Origin: a virus
Taxonomy: Duplodnaviria > Caudoviricetes
Length of the DNA stretch: 24,937 nt
Virus record (IMG/VR): IMGVR_UViG_3300037635_005855
Location: 1-24,937 of that record
Direction: 5' to 3' (one strand)
Part shown: positions 16,677 to 22,997 of the stretch, in pieces
Position numbering within the stretch: position 1 is the stretch's first letter
Layout: every line of letters begins with the position of its first letter
Notes under the pieces: model-generated
What the model was told of the DNA's origin: nothing
Seen by the model: only the letters and a program-made list of their open reading frames with translations
Database searches by the model: none
Position numbers and translations under genes: made by a program

Positions 16677-17456
16677 TCAAGCTGCTTTTCCAGACTCATA
16701 ATAATCTGCAACCACCTGAAACCAAGCTTCCTGGTCTTTTTCAACTTCGTTTGGACCGAATGTAAATATCTGAGTGTTGTATTCCTTGATAGCTGTTGTA
16801 ACAATAATCTGAGTTTTTTCAATCTTAATACCTAAACAAGCCTCAGCTGCTGCTTTATATGCCGCTAATTGTAATCTTGTTTTTTTTGTTTTAAAAACTC
16901 CACTAATTAAAGCTTTTTTTGTTTTTTCGTCTAAATTGTTTTTTTTGTTTGGAAATCTTGCACTATATGGTCCATTACTTGTTTTAAAATCAGCCAATAC
17001 TATTTCAGCGTTACTGTTCATATAAATTAAGTCACAGCAACCCGCGTACCCGTACCCAGTGTTTTCGTCGTAGTAATGAATTCTACCTACTCCGTCGTCT
17101 CCTACATAGTCAGACCAGCTTGGTTGGTTAAATGGTTTTTCAGACCACAGAACACGACCACCTTCAAGCAAGTCATCTAATAGTTCAGGAACACCGTCCC
17201 AGAAAGGAAGATAATTGTCTGGAGGGATGACACGTAACCCACGTAAGTAATTTTCCACGCTGTTGTGGATCCAGTTTCCTCTTTCAGCTGCAGCGTCTGC
17301 AACCCCTGGATTCATCAAATTCCAATGAGCTAGCTTCTGTCTCGTAGCTTCAGTCGCCGTGGCACTTAGAACAGACGTAACCGAAGGTAGAGGTTTTGGT
17401 ACTCCTCCACAAATATAGTGTCTTCTTCCATTAATCGTTACGCGAGTATCAGACAC
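16677..17456 (-). CDS. PD-(D/E)XK exonuclease (RecB/Cas4/MGME1-like)
   Basis: LPSVTSVL, AAERG..IH, SE, YAGCCDLI..LADFKTS, LQLAAY. Confidence 0.85.
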   Translation of the reverse strand: MSDTRVTINGRRHYICGGVPKPLPSVTSVLSATATEATRQKLAHWNLMNPGVADAAAERGNWIHNSVENYLRGLRVIPPDNYLPFWDGVPELLDDLLEGGRVLWSEKPFNQPSWSDYVGDDGVGRIHYYDENTGYGYAGCCDLIYMNSNAEIVLADFKTSNGPYSARFPNKKNNLDEKTKKALISGVFKTKKTRLQLAAYKAAAEACLGIKIEKTQIIVTTAIKEYNTQIFTFGPNEVEKDQEAWFQVVADYYESGKAA

Positions 17457-17482
17457 AATAATTGTGTAATTTTAATTAGCTT

Positions 17483-17488
17483 AGTCTA
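17483..17488 (-). promoter_or_regulatory. Putative -10 box TAGACT
   Basis: Intergenic, 26 nt before the GTG at 17456. Confidence 0.5.
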
Positions 17489-17493
17489 ATTTT

Positions 17494-17787
17494 TTAATCT
17501 TGCTTGTTTGGGATTTCCTCAAGTTCTTCTAAAAAAAACTCAGACTGCTGATATTGATATTGCTTATTACGTTGTTCTAATTCATCCATAAGACACAGAG
17601 CGGCACTAAATCCTTCTAACACAACCTCTGCGCACTCATCTGCACTTCTAACTTGACCCCCAGGGTCCACACACTCGGTAAGTAGTTGATTACCAGCAAG
17701 CAATCCAGCTAATTTATCTAGTTTTATATTGGTTTGTTCCTGGAGTGTAATTAAGCGCTCAAGCTTGTCGTTGAAGTTCCCTCTCAT
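17494..17787 (-). CDS. Hypothetical acidic helical protein
   Basis: Likely start is the ATG at 17787 (MRGNFNDKLERL...), an ATGA overlap with the upstream stop. Confidence 0.65.
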   Translation of the reverse strand: MRGNFNDKLERLITLQEQTNIKLDKLAGLLAGNQLLTECVDPGGQVRSADECAEVVLEGFSAALCLMDELEQRNKQYQYQQSEFFLEELEEIPNKQD

Positions 17788-18320
17788 AGTTTTAGATCCC
17801 GCGAGTTCTGCCAGTTTATAGAATAATCTATCGCTGTCCTTACTTTCGCTTCTCCGGCGTCTGTAAACACAAACCACGCAGAAGTTACTGAGTCTTTTGC
17901 TTTTATCTCATCTGCACGAAATGCAGGTCGAGGACTAAGAACCTTAATGTTTGTCAACGCAAATTTTTCAAGAAAGTTCTCTCGAGTTTTTGTAGGCTCC
18001 AAAAATGTCAGCCTATCGAGAATACAGACTCCTCTTCTTGCTACCTGAACACCACAGTCTGTAACCCACTGCGTGTACTCTTTGTTACCTTGAGTGATAG
18101 CAATTACCCAGTCTATCTGGTTTTTGTACTGAGCCCACCAGTCAAGGTCTGTCACATTTTCTTCTGACTCATTTATAGTTACTTCATCTTTACTAAATTC
18201 TTGTACTTGTTTTTTAAGCTCTCCTGTAACGTCTAAAGGGAGTAAGACACTACCTTTAAACCATTCGCATTTTCCTATAGGATTAAAAATACCAGAAGGA
18301 ACTCTGTAAAACTTAGACAT
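17784..18320 (-). CDS. DNA adenine methyltransferase homologue with degenerate catalytic motifs
   Basis: Likely start is the ATG at 18320 (MSKFYRVP). Retains DWVI, ILDRLTFLEPT..R, VL.PRPAF and DSVTSAWFVF, but has AITQ where NPP(Y/F) is expected. Confidence 0.65.
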   Translation of the reverse strand: MSKFYRVPSGIFNPIGKCEWFKGSVLLPLDVTGELKKQVQEFSKDEVTINESEENVTDLDWWAQYKNQIDWVIAITQGNKEYTQWVTDCGVQVARRGVCILDRLTFLEPTKTRENFLEKFALTNIKVLSPRPAFRADEIKAKDSVTSAWFVFTDAGEAKVRTAIDYSINWQNSRDLKL

Positions 18321-18561
18321 GCTTAGAGATGATCTGGTTGAAAAATTAAGGAGCCATTTGTCCTTGGAGGAAGACCTAGGACACCGTGTGTTTATGGACG
18401 CACTATATGACCTTAACAAGACTGAAGCTCGCGAGGTGCTTGAGGTTATTCATTTATCGTATCTTATAAGGGGAAGGCTTTTGGAAAAGATCGTCCTTTA
18501 CTCTATAACGCATGATCTTCCTCTGCCTAGTTTTGGCGACTTAATAGATTACGAAGATTAA
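18319..18561 (+). CDS. Hypothetical helical protein (sole + strand gene in the replication block)
   Basis: 80 aa; exactly fills the gap between the MTase-like gene and the terminator. Confidence 0.7.
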   Translation: MLRDDLVEKLRSHLSLEEDLGHRVFMDALYDLNKTEAREVLEVIHLSYLIRGRLLEKIVLYSITHDLPLPSFGDLIDYED

Positions 18562-18565
18562 ACAC

Positions 18566-18599
18566 AAAAAAAGACTCGAAGCCTGAGAACTCCGAGCCT
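18566..18599 (-). terminator. Intrinsic terminator
   Basis: On the - strand, AGGCTCGGAGT-tctcag-GCTTCGAGTCT followed by a T tract, downstream of the stop at 18624. Confidence 0.8.
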
Positions 18600-18623
18600 A
18601 TCTCCCCCAAGATAAAGCTTACG

Positions 18624-19442
18624 TCACACAGACAAACCCGCGTCCTTTAGGGCTTTAAGTTGTGCGTCTGTCAGTTCCTTCTTTTCACCCGCATCTGCTG
18701 TGGGAGGGGCAGAAACTTTTTTACCGGGAACACCGGCATCAGCAGGAAGAGCAGCTAAACCTTGCGGTGTTCCAGCCTCTAACCTTTTGGGGTTTTGATC
18801 GATGAACGAGGTTTTGATCTTTTCGTGATCTTCTCCCATAGGAAGCTCGACCAGATTAGAACCGGGGATAACAGCTCGTAGTGCAGACGCCACGAGATCT
18901 GCTGAAGCTTCGAGCCAAGCTCCAACGTCTTCGATGAGTTTTTTCTCATCATCGTTCTGAGCCGGACGGTCTTTGAACTCTACGACGTTGTAGTTGATTT
19001 TTGCTCCATCAGCTCCTGTCACAGGATCACGCTCATTGAATGATCGCTGTACAAATTTCGTAGAAGTAATTACTTCTCCTACATTGATCCTGTTGTTGTA
19101 GAGCGTTTGAAAATACGAGATAAAGTTTTTTTGAGACGATTTGCCGCTGATGATGCTAGTACAAACGCATCGTGGAGGTAGTAAACGATGAGAAGGCGTG
19201 ACACCAATGTAAGAAATACGAATAAACTCTTCATGCGTCCGCATTCCGAGGTTGCCGAAATACGGTGTGAAACCAAGAAGGATGAACTCAATCGGTATCC
19301 CATTGTCGTTCGTGTCGGTGATCGCAGAGTCCGGGTCATTATCGGATTTCCAGCGACGTGCTTGAAGATCGATGCGTAACGTGTGCGGTGGTAGTTGACA
19401 GAGAATTTCTTCTGCATTGAATTTGCCAGCGATAAATACCAT
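18624..19442 (-). CDS. Putative ssDNA-binding/annealing protein
   Basis: Follows the SSB gene; beta-rich N-terminal domain (LRIDLQARRW..EFILLGFTPYFGNLG) with a disordered tail. Function inferred from context. Confidence 0.5.
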   Translation of the reverse strand: MVFIAGKFNAEEILCQLPPHTLRIDLQARRWKSDNDPDSAITDTNDNGIPIEFILLGFTPYFGNLGMRTHEEFIRISYIGVTPSHRLLPPRCVCTSIISGKSSQKNFISYFQTLYNNRINVGEVITSTKFVQRSFNERDPVTGADGAKINYNVVEFKDRPAQNDDEKKLIEDVGAWLEASADLVASALRAVIPGSNLVELPMGEDHEKIKTSFIDQNPKRLEAGTPQGLAALPADAGVPGKKVSAPPTADAGEKKELTDAQLKALKDAGLSV

Positions 19443-19459
19443 GAGAAAATTCCGTTAGT

Positions 19460-20104
19460 TTAGAGAGAAAAATCGAGTGAACCTAGAGCGGCTTTTGAAA
19501 CGACACCTTTTTCAGGGTCAGCTGCTTTTTTTGGTGCAGGTTTAGACCCTCTAGGAAGGTATAAAACTTTAGAGACCCCGTAGTTGATGTATTTTTTGTC
19601 TTCTCTTTCAGATGACGTAAAGCTACCAACAGCAATGGTCGGAGTCCCAGGAGGCAGTTCAGCCATTTCCTTAGAAAGCTTGTTCCAGCCGGATAGTGCG
19701 AACCACTGTGTTTCTTTCTTTTCATCCTGCCAAGCAAGAGATCGGTTAGTCACAGTGTTGTCTCCCAGCTCCTTTTCGGTGGCGATAGGACCAAGACCAC
19801 CTGTAGCGACAAACAGATTTATCGCAAGTAAATCATCCCAGTTACCTTGCGTCGCCACAAGAATCGGCTGCATCTGCAAAACTCCATCTGGATTGGCCTT
19901 GGTAGGACCAATCGCAAGGATTGTTTCGTTTTCTGTTAAGCCGTTTAAGAGCTTACCAACGTAGTGGTCGGCTTTCATAGAAAGGACCACCTTGGTTGGA
20001 ATTTTTTTGTCACTAGGTGGCAAGGAGCTAGTGATGACGTTAGTCACACCATCTTCAGTTGCCGCTGTGTCAGTGACCCTGAGTCCCAGAAGGAATACGT
20101 TCAC
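19460..20104 (-). CDS. ssb: Single-stranded DNA-binding protein-like, tandem OB folds
   Basis: Second half (INLFVATGGLG..VTNRSLA..KETQWFALSGWNKLS..L..GT...VGS) follows the SSB pattern; the first half looks like a divergent repeat. Confidence 0.6.
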   Translation of the reverse strand: MNVFLLGLRVTDTAATEDGVTNVITSSLPPSDKKIPTKVVLSMKADHYVGKLLNGLTENETILAIGPTKANPDGVLQMQPILVATQGNWDDLLAINLFVATGGLGPIATEKELGDNTVTNRSLAWQDEKKETQWFALSGWNKLSKEMAELPPGTPTIAVGSFTSSEREDKKYINYGVSKVLYLPRGSKPAPKKAADPEKGVVSKAALGSLDFSL

Positions 20105-20627
20105 GTTTTAGGGTTCGGTAGATCGTTGAGCGGTTTACGTTTAAAGCCTTAGCAATCTCTTTGACAGGGACGCCTTGGCCAGCAAATACTAGAGCAATAT
20201 TTCGGTCTGCGTCACCAAGTTTTGAAGCTTTCATAGTTTTGTAGGAGTTGTGGTAAGGATTGACACACATTTTGTTACCACACGAAGGTTTTACGCACCC
20301 TTCCTTATGGATCTGTAAGTAATCTAATAACATAGGCCGTACATAGTACCTTTGTTTTAGTGTATAAATTATAGGATTTTGGTTACAGAAAGACCCAACC
20401 CACAAATCACACTGTTTATGAGAAAAGTCATTATATGCCAATCTTCTAAACAGTTCCGATAAATATGTCGGCGGACATAGTTCATAACCAAGGTAAAATT
20501 TATCTGCTTTCAGTGCTCTTGAGATATCAGCTGCTTGTGCTTGAGCGTGACCTCCGTCATTAGCAGTTATTAATATCTTTAGTTTAGCCTTATCCTTATC
20601 TATCACTAAGGTGTACTTTGTCGTCAC
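20070..20627 (-). CDS. HNH/His-Me-finger-like domain (degenerate) fused to a C-terminal HTH
   Basis: Likely start is the GTG at 20627; CDLWVG...CVKPSCGNKMCVNPYH; GVPVKEIAKALNVNRSTIYRTL. Confidence 0.7.
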   Translation of the reverse strand: MTTKYTLVIDKDKAKLKILITANDGGHAQAQAADISRALKADKFYLGYELCPPTYLSELFRRLAYNDFSHKQCDLWVGSFCNQNPIIYTLKQRYYVRPMLLDYLQIHKEGCVKPSCGNKMCVNPYHNSYKTMKASKLGDADRNIALVFAGQGVPVKEIAKALNVNRSTIYRTLKRERIPSGTQGH

Positions 20628-20633
20628 AAAATA

Positions 20634-20639
20634 ACTATA
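20634..20639 (-). promoter_or_regulatory. Putative -10 box TATAGT (leaderless spacing)
   Basis: 6 nt before the GTG at 20627, just downstream of a terminator. Confidence 0.45.
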
Positions 20640-20661
20640 CGCTTTAAAAACATGATGACAC

Positions 20662-20692
20662 AAAAAACGAGGTGTGACTAACGCCGCACCTC
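20662..20692 (-). terminator. Intrinsic terminator
   Basis: On the - strand, GAGGTGCGGC-gtta-GTCACACCTC-g-TTTTTT (one mismatch, one G.U). Confidence 0.7.
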
Positions 20693-20762
20693 ATATTTTG
20701 TAAGTTTTGCAATTTAACGCATCTGGGATTGGCTCTGCAAACCCGGAAGGAGTTAGTTATGT

Positions 20763-21509
20763 TTAGAACTGACCCAGTTCGCGGTAGACAGCGTTAGGTA
20801 GTGTTTGACCTGCAGCTCTAATTGCCCTGGCGGTTGCGCGTACTTCATCTTGGCTTGCACCTTGACTTAAGAGTGCTCTGACATCTTGACCACCGAAGAT
20901 ACCTTGAGCACCTACGTCTACAGCACCAGACAAATAATTTTTAGCAGCTGTTTGAGGAGCAGGGCTACTCGGCGTGGACAGTTCAGCTGCAGTTACACCA
21001 CCTAAACGTTGATACACAGCTGCGGGTAACTCTTGAACAGTAGATCGTTGTTCAGCAATATCTCTAATATCAGAGTCAGACATTCCCTGACCTCTTAGGT
21101 AGTCAACATCTTGACCACCAAAGTAATTCTGAGCACCCTGGTCATACTTAGAGAAATTAGCTAAGTAGTCATCTTTAAGGCTTGGTTTAGTTGGTTCTGG
21201 TATCGGAGCTGCTGCCTCTGCTGCCTTTTTACTAGTGCTTGATAGAGAAAAATTGCTTTCTGAACCCGTTGTTTCAGTTACTTCCCGAGTAGGCTGCGCT
21301 GCAGCTTTATAAGTCATTGTTCTAGGACTTTGACCTTTATAGAAAGTCTTAGTTTGTTTAGTTGGCGCTACAAAGCCATTGAAGTTTACAGACGTTTCTT
21401 CGTTATCGTCTTTAAACAAGTCAGCTAGGTTTAAACCAAAAGCACTTCCGGCCAGTCTTCCAAAGCCTTTGGAACCAGGTTTACCTTTGAAAGTTACGGA
21501 GTCAGCCAT
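20763..21509 (-). CDS. Hypothetical protein with two ~50-aa C-terminal repeats
   Basis: GAQ..FGGQDV..L..QG.S...R...LP.AVY..LG occurs twice. Confidence 0.75.
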   Translation of the reverse strand: MADSVTFKGKPGSKGFGRLAGSAFGLNLADLFKDDNEETSVNFNGFVAPTKQTKTFYKGQSPRTMTYKAAAQPTREVTETTGSESNFSLSSTSKKAAEAAAPIPEPTKPSLKDDYLANFSKYDQGAQNYFGGQDVDYLRGQGMSDSDIRDIAEQRSTVQELPAAVYQRLGGVTAAELSTPSSPAPQTAAKNYLSGAVDVGAQGIFGGQDVRALLSQGASQDEVRATARAIRAAGQTLPNAVYRELGQF

Positions 21510-21558
21510 ACCTGATAATTAACCTTAGGCTTTAAGTTTAGTGCATTATCGTCAGTTA

Positions 21559-21750
21559 TTAGTCAAATACCTTGCACATCGGTGCTCCTGGATGAGTATC
21601 ACATATAGCGTCTAACACCTTATCCCTATGACGGTTTCTAGGGTCGGCAATATTTCCATCAGTTGTCGGATCGAACTCTTCAGGCTCATGCTTCTCGTTT
21701 GTACTGAAAGGCACCTTGAACTTTTCGTACTTATCGGTTATGTCAGACAT
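21559..21750 (-). CDS. cp12: CP12-like protein (C-terminal Cys loop only)
   Basis: Small acidic disordered protein ending LDAICDTHPGAPMCKVFD, i.e. C-x3-P-x4-C-x2-(Y/F)-D as in the CP12 C-terminus. Confidence 0.6.
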   Translation of the reverse strand: MSDITDKYEKFKVPFSTNEKHEPEEFDPTTDGNIADPRNRHRDKVLDAICDTHPGAPMCKVFD

Positions 21751-21773
21751 AGAAGGCCTTTGTGCTCGGGTGA

Positions 21774-21779
21774 AGTCTA
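21774..21779 (-). promoter_or_regulatory. Putative -10 box TAGACT
   Basis: Intergenic, 23 nt before the ATG at 21750. Confidence 0.5.
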
Positions 21780-21783
21780 ATTG

Positions 21784-22044
21784 TCAAAACTGTTTGTAAC
21801 CAAAAAAGTCAGGAGCTGCTTTCTGGTTTTCGTTTGATGCCTCCAAAGTTTTGAACCCTGTAAACGGCGATACAGCTTGCCTGCCCCTAAAACTACGAGC
21901 ACCAGAGTCCACGTCTCCATTTTTTCTTTCTTGTACTTTCCTTAGCTCAGGAAAATAGTCTAAAAGAGTTGACTTATCGTCACTGACACTACTAGCTGGT
22001 TCAAGTGAAACTCCAAAAAAGTCTCCAGCGTAACGAGTAGCCAT
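21784..22044 (-). CDS. Hypothetical protein
   Basis: Likely start is the ATG at 22044 (MATRYAGDFFG); TAAAAT on the - strand at 22071..22076. Confidence 0.65.
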   Translation of the reverse strand: MATRYAGDFFGVSLEPASSVSDDKSTLLDYFPELRKVQERKNGDVDSGARSFRGRQAVSPFTGFKTLEASNENQKAAPDFFGYKQF

Positions 22045-22076
22045 TCTCTTGATCAAACAGTAACTGATCTATTTTA

Positions 22077-22997
22077 CTAGCTTTTAATAAAGAATCTTTG
22101 CAGGTTAAACCCTGGACCTACAGTGTCTTTAAGAACGTTCATGATATTCTTTGCCTCTTCGTGGCTATAGAAGTACTTAGCTTTATTTTTGTGTGGACTA
22201 AGAGTGACTAGTTTTTTTGTTCGACTGTTTAAGCAGTCGCTAACAAAAGAGTTGCCCTGAGTCACAACCCACACCTCTTTAAATTTCAACAGAGGCATTT
22301 CTTTCGTCTCTGCAAACGTGTATAGATCTCTATAACACGATACCTTGTTATTACGTGTTATTGGTTTTCGTGTACGTTTGTGTATCTGAGTAGTAACACA
22401 AGTATTATCTTTTTCTTTAAGTGTCTCTGTTTTTGACATGACGCTTTCGTACTTAAACAGTTGTTTTTTCATGTGACGTGCTTTATTTGCTGCTGCTAGC
22501 CCTGTGTCACATAAATCTTCAGCTATACAAATCCCATACTCAAAACGAACACAACCGACATAAGAGCCGTTAACTTTTGCGGTAAATATTTCTCTATCTT
22601 TTACCTCTTCTAAATTACTAATCTCTACTGGTTGTGCTTTTTTCTCTTTTTTACCTACTACTACTTTGTTTTTGAGTTTTTCTTTAACAACCTTTATTTC
22701 TTGTGCTTCAGGAGCAGCGGCGACTAAGTCAAGCCTTGACTGCTCATGATCGGATAATGCACGACTATCGTCCCACCTAATTTTCGCGTGGTGACGACGA
22801 TGCCCAGCTTTGTTTAATTTAATGTAAACCTCAGCTACTACACCTTGACGAGGATTGTTCTGTATATACGACGCAGCATTTTTTGCCGCATCAGAAGAAA
22901 AGGAACTAACGCAGAAAACACTGTTGGTTTGTTTCAACGCAACTTTGTCACCTGTTTTCAGTTTGCTTGGCTGCATTCGATTTCGTTTTGTACTCAT
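22077..22997 (-). CDS. Hypothetical basic multidomain protein, N-terminal SH3/Tudor-like pattern
   Basis: ATGA overlap with polA; KLKTGDKV...GVVAEV...KIRWDD. Confidence 0.7.
   Translation of the reverse strand: MSTKRNRMQPSKLKTGDKVALKQTNSVFCVSSFSSDAAKNAASYIQNNPRQGVVAEVYIKLNKAGHRRHHAKIRWDDSRALSDHEQSRLDLVAAAPEAQEIKVVKEKLKNKVVVGKKEKKAQPVEISNLEEVKDREIFTAKVNGSYVGCVRFEYGICIAEDLCDTGLAAANKARHMKKQLFKYESVMSKTETLKEKDNTCVTTQIHKRTRKPITRNNKVSCYRDLYTFAETKEMPLLKFKEVWVVTQGNSFVSDCLNSRTKKLVTLSPHKNKAKYFYSHEEAKNIMNVLKDTVGPGFNLQRFFIKS

Noticed and set aside
16677-17456. Cas4 / CRISPR association
   Set aside because: No repeat-spacer array in the window and no C-terminal Cys cluster typical of Cas4; a generic phage exonuclease fits better.
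20693-20762. Possible small RNA between the 248-aa gene stop and its terminator
   Set aside because: Only short, weak pairings are visible; it is adequately explained as a 3' UTR.
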